Shown one piece after another: positions 1 through 9,700 of a DNA stretch of 44,567 nt. Under the pieces are notes generated by a model. That model did not search any database. It was not told the DNA's origin and saw only the letters and a program-made list of their open reading frames with translations. Source of the stretch: Candidatus Micrarchaeota archaeon (GTDB taxonomy: Archaea > Micrarchaeota > Micrarchaeia > Anstonellales > Bilamarchaeaceae); NCBI GenBank assembly GCA_043816005.1, contig JBDRIM010000085.1, forward strand, positions 1 to 44,567, in the 5' to 3' direction. Every line of letters starts with the position of its first letter. Position 1 is the first letter of the stretch. A program made the position numbers and the translations under genes.

Positions 1-2
1 CC

Positions 3-1907
3 ACTCTATCAAATGTTATTATCTCGGATTGGTATGCTGGTATTGCAATACCTGGAGATTTTACACCTGCATCAAATATCAATATAGATGGGGTAACAAT
101 TTCTTCAACTGTATTAGGTATACTCGTTAGTAATTTAACTGATTCAAATTTTAACAACGTTACTATAACTGACTCATCTATTGGTGCCTTACTTGGATTA
201 CATAACAGTTCACTTTCAAATCTATCTATCTCAGAACCAGCGATATCAATCAGTCTAGATGATGATGCCGACCTCAATATAACGGTCGGTCTGTGGATAA
301 TGATGGATAATGGATCATCAACTACTGGAACCATAAATGGTGCAACTATCCAAGATGTTGACTTTGCTTTTGTTCTTGTTACATTTGACACTATCTATTC
401 TGATTCTTTTGCTGCTAATCTCAACATCACCAATATCAACACATCTAACAATACTTTTGGTAATTTCCTTATTAGTGTTGAGTTTAACGACAGTAATCTT
501 TCTTCCAATGCAACATTTAATATTGATCATTTTGCCATAGATGATTTAGTTTTTAGTGCTATTCTCTATAGTGGCGAATACACTATTTCCAGTCCCACTA
601 CTTCTGAATTTTCAGTACTTCCAAGCGGACTGTTCACTTTTGATAAGTACATTGCTATAGAAAATAGAGTTGATGTCTATCCAAATGGATCATTTAGTAA
701 TCTGACATTCCATTATACAGAAACTGAATTACAAGCACACGGAACTTCTGAAGAATACCTTGCTATGTTCTATCTTTATGGAAATCGTTCATCCACATCT
801 CCTATTCCAGACTGGTATCATTTAAATGAAGAATTTGATTATGGTGGAATAACCTTAACACACAATGAAGATGAAGATTATTTCTTACTAAGTGGTGGCT
901 TTAACTTTACAAATACGACTGTCTTTGCTTTATTTGCCGGTGGCGGTACATCAAATTCAACTACCATTACAACCACGACATACATCACTACTTCAACAGG
1001 AGGTTCAACAATAACCACTTCATTACCTATTCTCAGTGCAGCCTACAATTTCATTTGTCCAGATGATGAATTACTTGTAGAAGTCACAAAAGAAGGTCTT
1101 AGTATGCCATTTGTACACGTAAGCTTATTGTATTACGGTCTTGATGGTTCTCTCACTCCTATAAGCACACGCACAACAACTACGAACTTAAACGGTCAAA
1201 CTTCATTTGATGAATTAGCTGCAGGTATGTACAAGTTATCTGCTTCGTTTGACAATACTCAGCCATACACAACTCAATTTATCTACCCTGAATGTACTCC
1301 TCCAATCCCTCAAATTGAACCAAACAAATCCATTACTTACTTCTGCAAATCAAGCAATGATTGTGCAGATAGTGAATATTGTGAGAAAGGAGAATGTAAG
1401 CAAGTACTTGGTGAATGCGGTTATTCTAAAGATCATCAATTTTATGAATATGAATGCTGCATTCAGACAGGATGCGGCAAAGGTTTAGTCTGTTCTAACC
1501 ATCTTTGTGTACAACCATCCTATTCAATTTTAACTGATGATTCTGGCTATCTTGGTGGCAAGCTTAAGGGCAGAATAGTGATTAATGATGAGCCTGCAAT
1601 AAACCGTGATATTAGGGTTTCTAAGCCAAATGGAAGAACAATAACAATTTATACTGATGATGACGGTTACATTGAATTTCCACTTGATGAGCTTGGTAAT
1701 TTTGCAATTTATGCAGGCAATGCTTTCAAAACAATAGAAGTTTCTAATTTACCAGATGTTCCAACTAATCAAACTATCCAACCAAACAATCAATTTCCAG
1801 TAATAGGTGATAGTGGTGGTTTGATTGCAGGTGGTGGAATCGCAGTTGCTGCTATTTTAATTGCAGCTGCACTAGCCTATCGTGTTAGTGGATTTGGACG
1901 AAAGTGA
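3..1907 (+). CDS. Large cell-surface protein, 5' partial (beta-helix-like Asn/Ser/Thr-rich N-part, Thr-rich linker, Ig/prealbumin-like domains, Cys-rich module, C-terminal TM anchor)
   Basis: Frame of ORF 300..1907 is open back to position 3. Many N-x-S/T sequons, TTITTTTYITT linker, Cys-rich block CKSSNDC..EYCEKGEC..ECC..C..C..C, hydrophobic C-terminal helix followed by basic residues. Confidence 0.75.
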   Translation, partial: TLSNVIISDWYAGIAIPGDFTPASNINIDGVTISSTVLGILVSNLTDSNFNNVTITDSSIGALLGLHNSSLSNLSISEPAISISLDDDADLNITVGLWIMMDNGSSTTGTINGATIQDVDFAFVLVTFDTIYSDSFAANLNITNINTSNNTFGNFLISVEFNDSNLSSNATFNIDHFAIDDLVFSAILYSGEYTISSPTTSEFSVLPSGLFTFDKYIAIENRVDVYPNGSFSNLTFHYTETELQAHGTSEEYLAMFYLYGNRSSTSPIPDWYHLNEEFDYGGITLTHNEDEDYFLLSGGFNFTNTTVFALFAGGGTSNSTTITTTTYITTSTGGSTITTSLPILSAAYNFICPDDELLVEVTKEGLSMPFVHVSLLYYGLDGSLTPISTRTTTTNLNGQTSFDELAAGMYKLSASFDNTQPYTTQFIYPECTPPIPQIEPNKSITYFCKSSNDCADSEYCEKGECKQVLGECGYSKDHQFYEYECCIQTGCGKGLVCSNHLCVQPSYSILTDDSGYLGGKLKGRIVINDEPAINRDIRVSKPNGRTITIYTDDDGYIEFPLDELGNFAIYAGNAFKTIEVSNLPDVPTNQTIQPNNQFPVIGDSGGLIAGGGIAVAAILIAAALAYRVSGFGRK

Positions 1908-1928
1908 GGCTAGGATGAACTAATCATG

Positions 1929-1968
1929 TTTTGCAAAATTTCACTGGGGCGAAATTTTTAGCAAAAAA
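1929..1968 (-). repeat. tRNA-trailer hairpin cassette C (copy 1)
   Basis: TTGCAAAATTTCACTGGGGCGAAATTTTTAGCAAAAAA closely matches 13100-13139. Confidence 0.7.
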
Positions 1969-1997
1969 TGGAACTCGTTGTGAAATTGTAATTTCAC

Positions 1998-2038
1998 TTT
2001 CCGTTCAATTTTCCCGCAGGAAAATTCATTAAACAAAT
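1998..2038 (-). repeat. tRNA-trailer hairpin cassette D (copy 1)
   Basis: TCAATTTTCCCGCAGGAAAATTCATTAAACAAA closely matches TCAATTTTCCTGCAAGAAAATTCAATAAATAAA within 10143-10187. Confidence 0.7.
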
Positions 2039-2062
2039 TGGACTCTGATAGAACTTACATTC

Positions 2063-2093
2063 AAGGGGATTCGAAGGGGTGAAACCCCTTCAA
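2063..2093 (+). repeat. REP-like palindrome, family B
   Basis: AAGGGGATTC head followed by GAAGGGGT-GAA-ACCCCTTC hairpin. Confidence 0.55.
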
Positions 2094-2104
2094 TTAAAAA
2101 GAAA

Positions 2105-2228
2105 TGGACTCGGAGGGAATCGCACCCTCGGCCCCTCGCGTTCTTGATGTTCTCGAAACATCGAGATTTTTGAACGGGGCACCGTTCAAATTTGCAAGGC
2201 GAGTGCTCTACTGCTGAGCTACGAGCCC
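2105..2228 (-). tRNA. tRNA-Ala(TGC) with 52-nt intron at 37/38 (2141-2192)
   Basis: Minus strand GGGCTCGTAGCTCAGCAGTAGAGCACTCGCCTTGCA^intron^CGCGAGGGGCCGAGGGTGCGATTCCCTCCGAGTCCA. G3:U70 pair; BHB central helix CTTG/CAAG. Confidence 0.93.
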
Positions 2229-2418
2229 ATTTTTGTTTAATTAAGAACCGCCAACTATGGACTTGTGTGGTTCTTAGACTTGTTATGGAACACGGTTCCA
2301 TAACCCCATTGTTCTTTGAACAATAGGGCCGCATGCGAAATACTTATCCTCGTTCACATATAAGTAGGATACATTAGGGTGGCATTCCTTTTAAAAAGTA
2401 GCCAAATCTTTTCAAACT

Positions 2419-2529
2419 AAAAGGAAGTTAGAGGAAACCACAATCAAATTAAAAGGAGATTCAAAAAAGCCGTTCATAAAAAAAGGAGATTCGAAAAAAG
2501 GAAGTTCAAAAGAAACAGTGGTTTCTTTT
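2419..2529 (+). repeat. Cluster of family B heads (AAAAGGAGATTC x2, AAAAGGAAGTT x2) ending in an AAAAGAAAC-AGTG-GTTTCTTTT hairpin
   Basis: Direct repeats read in the sequence. The region gives oligo-T tracts on the minus strand just after the stop of the 2533..2709 gene. Confidence 0.55.
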
Positions 2530-2532
2530 ATT

Positions 2533-2709
2533 TCACTCGCAGCCGCCCCAGCCGCAAGCATAACACATTTTACATCCTTCTTGGAAAACTAGACTACCCT
2601 CACATGAAGGACAGATGCCTTTCTTGATTTTTTGGGCTTCAGAAAGTACATCGTGAATTTGAACATTAGCATCAACTGTTGGAAAAGAGATTCTTTCATC
2701 CGTCATGGT
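2533..2709 (-). CDS. Small stand-alone zinc-ribbon protein resembling the C-terminal Cys module of class II ribonucleotide reductase NrdJ
   Basis: CPSCEGSLVFQEGCKMCYACGWGGCE matches the CPxC..L...EGC..C..CG...C pattern. Start uncertain (2730, 2709 or 2703). Confidence 0.7.
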   Translation of the reverse strand, partial: TMTDERISFPTVDANVQIHDVLSEAQKIKKGICPSCEGSLVFQEGCKMCYACGWGGCE

Positions 2710-2983
2710 CATCCCTTTTTCATTACGCATTACCTAATTATAAATGATTGTTTTTCCCTCGATAATTTACAAACACAAAAAATACTTTTTGTAACAAAAA
2801 TACAACGTTTTTCGTCGTAATTTTCAATATTCATCTCGATAAAAGAAAACTATATAAGTATGTATTACGATTAAATTTTAAGTGACCATTTGGTCATGTT
2901 ATTGAATCAAAAACATTCAATCTCAGTCCGGTGAAAGTATGGATTGAACTTTTAGTTCAATACTAAAATCATGTGTGATTTTT

Positions 2984-3268
2984 ATGAAAAAAGTTGACCG
3001 TTTTGCGGTTCCGGATGCTCAAGATGCTGTTGTGTTAGATTCAATGATAGACAATTTACGCAAGAAAATAGATTTCGACTGTCTTATCCTTCTTCAACAA
3101 GCACGTCGTATTAATACAGTTAAAACTAAATTTAATATGAAGATTTGGGAATCAAGAATAAACTATGTCCGCGAAGCACAACGAAATACATTTAACGTCA
3201 GTGAATTAAAAAAACTAAAAGAACAATGCCACACTCTTTCCGAACAATTAAGCCAGTTCAAAGTTTGA
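2984..3268 (+). CDS. Hypothetical helical protein
   Basis: 94-aa ORF with GTGAT SD-like sequence before the ATG. No motif recognised. Confidence 0.55.
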   Translation: MKKVDRFAVPDAQDAVVLDSMIDNLRKKIDFDCLILLQQARRINTVKTKFNMKIWESRINYVREAQRNTFNVSELKKLKEQCHTLSEQLSQFKV

Positions 3269-3426
3269 TCATTCTCCCTAGGTTAAATCAACCCTTATTA
3301 ATTTATCATTCTATATTTTGTCAAAATGTTATTTTGACAGTCGGAGAATTCCACCATGATATCTTCTTGTGATATCACCAGTCAAATAGACCTGTGGAAT
3401 TCTATGGATTTGAAAAGAGGACTATT

Positions 3427-4131
3427 ATGTTAAGTTTTATTATCCCTACACTGAATGAAGAAAAAAATATCGAACAACTCCTAAAATGTCTTACTAAACA
3501 AACAAGTAAAAACGACGAAGTTATAGTTGTCGATTCATTTAGCAAGGACAAGACCGCTAAGGTTGCAAAAAAATACAAGGCAAAAGTTATACTAAGACCA
3601 AAACAAGGGGTTGGTTTAGCAAGAACTGAAGGGGCAAAAGAAGCCAAAAATGACATTCTAGTTTTCCTTGACTGTGACTGTATCCTTGCGCCTGATTATG
3701 TTAAGAGACTAAAAAATAACTTTGCTAAAAACGATCTTGAGGCACTTGGTGGGTTTGATCTTTATTCTTCAGATTCAAAAATCTGGGAGTTTATCTATAA
3801 TTTTTATTCGTTATTTGTTTTTACTATAGTCAGAATTATCCACATAATAACTGGCAAGTACTGGTTTGCTGCGAATAACTGTGCCATGAAAAAAGAACTG
3901 TTTTTCAAAGTCGGAGGATATCGTTCGGTTATAATGGAAGATACTGATTTCATGCACCGAGCACCACCAAATCGAAAAGTTAAATATGACTGGAAAGTAG
4001 TCCTCACTCTTTCTGATAGGCGATTCAAACAAGACGGTTTCTTTAGAACAATTGCACTTTGGATTTGGAGTGATATTTCTGCTTTATTTGGGAAAGGTAT
4101 AGATGTGATGAAAGGCTATACAAAAAATTAG
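3427..4131 (+). CDS. Glycosyltransferase family 2
   Basis: LSFIIPTLNEE, VVDSFSKDKT, LVFLDCD (DxD), VGGY...EDTD, SDRRF motifs. Confidence 0.92.
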   Translation: MLSFIIPTLNEEKNIEQLLKCLTKQTSKNDEVIVVDSFSKDKTAKVAKKYKAKVILRPKQGVGLARTEGAKEAKNDILVFLDCDCILAPDYVKRLKNNFAKNDLEALGGFDLYSSDSKIWEFIYNFYSLFVFTIVRIIHIITGKYWFAANNCAMKKELFFKVGGYRSVIMEDTDFMHRAPPNRKVKYDWKVVLTLSDRRFKQDGFFRTIALWIWSDISALFGKGIDVMKGYTKN

Positions 4132-5570
4132 GCGAATTTCCATCTGGAACCTGTTACACCTGTTTTATCCTCTATTATTATTCCAATTTCTTTGAGTTTA
4201 TTTCGAATAACATCTGATTTTTTGTAATCTTTTGCTGCTCTGGCATCATCTCTTAATTTTATTAATTGTTCAAGAGCTTCTTCTGGTGTTTTTGTTTTTC
4301 CCACACCTAGTTCTACAGCCAAATCAAATACAGCTTTCTCATCCAATTTTTTGTTTTCCTCTTCCAATCCCAAAATCCAGAGCATTTTTTCTATTTCTAT
4401 TCTGATTTTTGCGAGTTGTTCCGAATCAACCTTCTGACTGAGATGAGCATTTGTCAATCTCAGTAACCCAAACAAAGATGCAAGTGCTTCTGGAGTGTTA
4501 AAATCGTTTTCCATATGCTTGTAAAACAGTTCCACAAAACCATCACTCTTTTGGCGGAACTCGTCATCGCGTGATGACTGGGCAGATGAACATCCTTCTT
4601 TTATCAAACCAAGAGAGTTGAAAATTCTTTCAACACTTTCTTCTGCTGCTTTCAATGTATCTTCGTCATAGTCAAGTGGACTACGGTAATGTGCCTGTAA
4701 ATAGAAAAGACGCATCGCATTTGGGCTAGATGTTGTAAGTGCTTGTTTTAAAGTTATAAAATTCCCAAGAGATTTACTCATTTTTTCTCCATTAACTGTC
4801 AAAAAACCGGTGTGCATCCAACAATTACAAAATTTCTGGTTAGTCCCTGATTCACTTTGGGCAATTTCATTTTCATGGTGTGGAAAGATCAAATCTCTTG
4901 CTCCTCCATGAATGTCCAAGGTTCCTTTTACATGTGTTCTGACCATTGCAGAACATTCAATATGCCATCCTGGTCTTCCGTTGCCCCATGGACTATCAAA
5001 TTCAATTATTTCCCCATTGGTTTTTTTCCATATGGCGAAATCTGCTGGATCATTTTTTGTCTCATCAATTTCAAATCGTGAACCTGCCTTTATTTCCTCC
5101 ATAATTTGGCCGGAAAGTGCACCATAAGTTTGGAATGAAGAGACGTCAAAATAAATACCTGTTTTGGTTTCGTAGGCATTACCCTTTTGCAATATCATTT
5201 TTATTAATTCGATTATCTGCGGGATATGTTCAGTTACTTTTGGATAAATATCTGCAGGTAAAATGTGGAGTTGATTGAAGAGTGCAAGTGCTTCAGAATG
5301 ATTTTGTTCTGTAAGTTTTTTTGGATCAGTACCAGTTTCTTTACAGCGTTTTATTATTTTATCATCTACATCTGTAATGTTCTGTATGTGAAATACTTTG
5401 TAACCTTTTTTCATTAAATGGCGTTTTATAATGTCAAATGAAACATATGTTCTTGCATGGCCAATGTGAGCACTATCATATGGTGTAAGGCCGCAAACAT
5501 ATATCGTTACGGTGTTCTGACTAGGTTTGAACTCTTCGATCTGTTTAGTGAGCGAATTTAGCATTTGCAT
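4128..5570 (-). CDS. cysS: Cysteinyl-tRNA synthetase
   Basis: YVCGLTPYDSAHIGH, GRPGWHIECSAM, DLIFPHHENE, KMSKS. Confidence 0.98.
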   Translation of the reverse strand: MQMLNSLTKQIEEFKPSQNTVTIYVCGLTPYDSAHIGHARTYVSFDIIKRHLMKKGYKVFHIQNITDVDDKIIKRCKETGTDPKKLTEQNHSEALALFNQLHILPADIYPKVTEHIPQIIELIKMILQKGNAYETKTGIYFDVSSFQTYGALSGQIMEEIKAGSRFEIDETKNDPADFAIWKKTNGEIIEFDSPWGNGRPGWHIECSAMVRTHVKGTLDIHGGARDLIFPHHENEIAQSESGTNQKFCNCWMHTGFLTVNGEKMSKSLGNFITLKQALTTSSPNAMRLFYLQAHYRSPLDYDEDTLKAAEESVERIFNSLGLIKEGCSSAQSSRDDEFRQKSDGFVELFYKHMENDFNTPEALASLFGLLRLTNAHLSQKVDSEQLAKIRIEIEKMLWILGLEEENKKLDEKAVFDLAVELGVGKTKTPEEALEQLIKLRDDARAAKDYKKSDVIRNKLKEIGIIIEDKTGVTGSRWKFA

Positions 5571-5672
5571 TAGACGTTTTTCATCCAGAAAGATATTTAT
5601 AAAGATAGCATGTGAGTGTAATAATTAGTACTCCAGTACAAACTGGACATTAGATAATATTGAGGTGAAATT

Positions 5673-6083
5673 ATGGCAGGAAAAAAAGCAGATGGTTCTG
5701 TAGAAGAAAAACCAGTTGAAGCACCAAAACCATCGTCTGGTGGGGAAGATAATCTCTTCGGTGCACTTTGTTATATCATAACGCTTTGGGTTCCATTGTT
5801 TGTACTATTCACAGATAAGAAAACAAACAAGTTCCTTGCATTCCATGCATGGCAATCACTGATTTTATCAGTTGTGTGGGTTGTTGTATTTGGTGGTTTC
5901 AGTGTTATTACCGGAATTCTAACTGTGTTTTCAGGTATCGGTGCTCTTTTGAGCTGTTTACTGTTTCCATTAGGTGGAGTAGCGCTTTTAGCTCACTTGT
6001 TCCTTGCTTACAAAGCATACCAAGGAGAAACCTACAAACTACCAATAGTTGGTGAGTTTGCAGAAAAACAAGTAGCAAAATAA
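5673..6083 (+). CDS. DUF4870-like small membrane protein
   Basis: GALCY...FHAWQS...KAYQGETYKLPIVG pattern; GAGGTGA SD. Confidence 0.8.
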   Translation: MAGKKADGSVEEKPVEAPKPSSGGEDNLFGALCYIITLWVPLFVLFTDKKTNKFLAFHAWQSLILSVVWVVVFGGFSVITGILTVFSGIGALLSCLLFPLGGVALLAHLFLAYKAYQGETYKLPIVGEFAEKQVAK

Positions 6084-6208
6084 TTTTTTATTTTTCTTTA
6101 TTTTTGTTAATTCTCTTTACCCTACGCTAGCCTTTATCTGAGTGTGTCATATGGCTAAATAGAATTAGGCAATATTCATTCTGAAGGCATAGAAAAAATA
6201 AAAAAAAA

Positions 6209-6670
6209 TTACTTCATTTGACTTGCAGCAAATGCACCTATTGCTCCAGCAATAAGCCCAATAACTACCCAAAATCCGAAACCAATGATAATGCTAACTA
6301 TTCCGTTTAGCAAGGCATTCAGTAAGACACCTACAATATCTACACTAGCCCCAAAAGCACTAACGCCGCCAACAAGGACAACAGTGAGAATAGTACTCAA
6401 TACCAAATTAATTATCCCATTTATCATTGAACTAACTGCGCCAGCAATACCTCCTGCAACAACACCGCCAACTATTTCTTGGCCTGCTTTACCTGCATTA
6501 AAACCTGCCCAGCCTAAGATGGCAACATTTACTATCATCATAGGTATACCAACACAACACATCAGAAAATTTACAACTGGAATATTACTGATGATTGTAC
6601 CTGCTATTCCAAGAATAACTGCTGCTACGATCGGTAGAAGTGCAGCATTCATACATTTACCAAAATCCAC
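6209..6670 (-). CDS. Gly/Ala-rich multi-pass membrane protein
   Basis: About four hydrophobic helices with GxxxG repeats; GTG start after GGTGAT. Confidence 0.7.
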   Translation of the reverse strand: MDFGKCMNAALLPIVAAVILGIAGTIISNIPVVNFLMCCVGIPMMIVNVAILGWAGFNAGKAGQEIVGGVVAGGIAGAVSSMINGIINLVLSTILTVVLVGGVSAFGASVDIVGVLLNALLNGIVSIIIGFGFWVVIGLIAGAIGAFAASQMK

Positions 6671-6709
6671 ATAATCACCGCAGATACATCAGAAGTAAGG
6701 GTTAAATTC

Positions 6710-9700
6710 CTATAGGAAGTCAGACAAACCCATTTGTTTTATCTTATCATCTTCAAAAATACTGCGAATTTCACGTTCAACAAGCTCTAAACGTTGTTTC
6801 AAATAATCTGGTAAATCATATTTGTTAACTATATCCCTTGAAATCTGAAGATATTTCTCAATACCTCCTTTATTTATCGTCAAAAGAAGATTTCCTCCAC
6901 ATTTGCTACATTTTCCAGCCAAGGGAACGCGGCGGAAAATAGTATTACATGAAACGCACCTGAAAGTTTGTCGCGAGAACGATCGGAGATTACCATACAA
7001 ATCAGGAATAAAATGGCTCAATATGAGTCTTTCTGCAGCGTCTCGATGATCAACAGATCTAAGTTTCTCCTGCAATCTAAATTGTATGTCTATTTTTTCT
7101 GGGATAGATTCAAGTTCAACATAAGCGGTTCTAATATTCCCAGCATCGAGTGTTCCTCCTGGGTGTGTTATTGGTAATTCGTACTGCTCTGGGCTCCCCA
7201 GAACATCCTTTACTGTTTTTAGTTTTACATCTCCAGGGAGCGCATTCTTCTCTGCAGCCTCATAAAACTCAAGAGGGTAATGCGAAACAAATTCTATACA
7301 ATGTGCCTCATCATCAACCTCTGTTGGATTTATCTCCATTGAAAGAACAAGTGGTGCATCCATTGTCCCTCCACGGTTTCCACTGAGGTATTTTCTTGAA
7401 AAATTTATCAGAGCATCCATCAAAAGCATGACACAATCTTCGTCACCATCTGCGTTACGTCTTTTTGCAGTGTGGAAGTAAGGATGTCCATATCCAACAT
7501 TTGCCTTTGTAAATCCAATAATTCTACAAAGAACCCCAGCACTTGTATGTGGTGATAATCCAACTGCCATATGCCCTACTAAATCGTCTCGTGTTTTGAC
7601 ATTATAAAATGGTTTGAGGCCATAAAGGTTCACAAGCATATCATCAATGAAATTAGCTACTCTGATAAAATATTCTGCACCTGCTGTTGCAAGCATTATA
7701 TCTTGGTGAAGCAGTCCAACTGTTTGATAATCATGCTCCAATTTATTCCCCAGATAATCTTTTTCATAACCAAGTGCAATCGCCTTCTCAACTGACAATC
7801 CAACTTCCTTTGGTGTAAAATGAGTGAGCGGAACATCTGTCGCATCAAATCTAGAAGTTCCATCTCTGAATACATATACGTCATGCTTTGCTCTTATGAA
7901 ACCTTTCTCTAATCTTTCTGGTATCTTACTGCCATTTGAAAGGACTTTGACCCCCCTAACATCTTCCGTTGTATTTCCCACATCACTCTTGACCGTTTCA
8001 AAAATTTCAATTAAATCAATTGGCCTGCGATCATATGGTATTGTATTTCTATCGCAATGAATTTCTGTCTCAACAACCCGTCCGCATTGCTGACAAATTC
8101 TTTCTTCTTTTGCTATGTTTCCGCATACATCACATTTTCTATATATCCCGAGTTTTTTACATTTTTGGCAGCGGAGTCTCACAATTTCCAAGTTTATTGT
8201 TTTTTCGCCTTCTCTACTTTTAAGAAGGCGATATTGCTTACTTAAACTTCTATTTTTGAACGAACCAGTTGGAAAAAGAACATGCGGACTACCATCCATC
8301 TTTCTTTCTTTTGCCTTTTCTGGTCTTCCCATTCTAGCTCCTATATATGTTGGTGCCTTTGCCTTGATTTTGATACCTGAAAGTTCATTAACCAGTTCAA
8401 GCACTGGTTTTGTATTATTCCATTTTTTGTCAAAAGTAGTGAAATCTATCTTGTTATCCTCCGTTATTGCTCCAAGCGAGGCAAGAAGTGCATAACCATC
8501 CTCCCCGTCTATTAGTACTTTGTCATCATGCAGTCTATGCTCTACTAAAAGTTCTTCAAGCACTCGTTTTCCGTCAATTCCATCTATTACAAGTGATTTT
8601 GGTATGTTATTTTCCATCTCTAATCTGCTTTTTTTAAGCCATTGAACAAGCACAGTTATCTGTTCTGGACTAATATCATGCCATGTAAATGTGAATTTCG
8701 GATGCAAAGGAACATTATGGATTTTTGAGAATTTAAAAAGTGATTGAACATCAAGATTTTCAAGTAGCTGAGCTCCTTTTGCTTCAACTTCTTTCTGCCA
8801 CCATTCTTCACAATAACCAGAAGCCATAAGTGGATGGTTTGATTTTACAAAATCTCCGAAAGTACAAAGTATATCACCAAGAAAGAGTATCTCTTCAATT
8901 TCTTTATCGTATGCATATGCCTCTTCTATTGTTCTAACTTTCATAACTCTGCCATTCTTTAATTTTACAACCGGTGGTTCAATTCCATCATGTGCAACAA
9001 TAATACATCCTTTTCCTGGTCGTTCGATTTTCATATGCGTTCCGTAAGCCAGAAAATTGCTTAGGATTATCATCGTTGCAGGATGAACATTTTTCCCCAT
9101 CAAACCATTCGATTTGCTCCTTCCATACCTAAGTCTAAATCCACCTTTAGCAGATGGATGGCTGAAAACAGGTCTACCAGCTACCAATCCTTCCATGTAA
9201 CTCCAATCAGGTTTTATCTCTATTTTATCCTGTTTTTTCTTTATTTTGATGATTTTTTCAAGCCAATCCCAGTTGAGTTTTAATCTTTTTGTATATTTGA
9301 AAAGTTTTGCGGCCTTTGCAGCAACACCCTCACACATTACCAATGGCACACCACCTCGTACACGGTCAGTTTCTACACCGGGAACACCACGGTATGCAGA
9401 AACTTCTATTTTTTCTGTCGGGTCTCCATTTATGCAAATTGGACAATTCCCAGCAATCACTCGTATGTCCTCTTCTGGTGGTAAATATTGAAGGTGCACA
9501 CATCTTGTCTCGTAAGTTGTTACTTCCTCTATATATCTCATTATCTGAGAATCTGTAGCTCTGTAATCTCCTATTCCGCAAATTCTTCTGGCAATATCTG
9601 CCAGAACCAAACTCAAAGCAGCAGCAGTACCACCTGCACTTCTTATTGGTCCTGCATAATACACTGCAACATAATTACTTCCGTCAGGATTTGTATTTAT

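Noticed and set aside
2029..2334. 101-aa ORF
   Set aside because: It runs through tRNA-Ala and hairpin repeats and shows no protein motif.
2419..2529. CRISPR array
   Set aside because: The repeats are only 11-12 nt, irregularly spaced, and there are no cas genes in the window.
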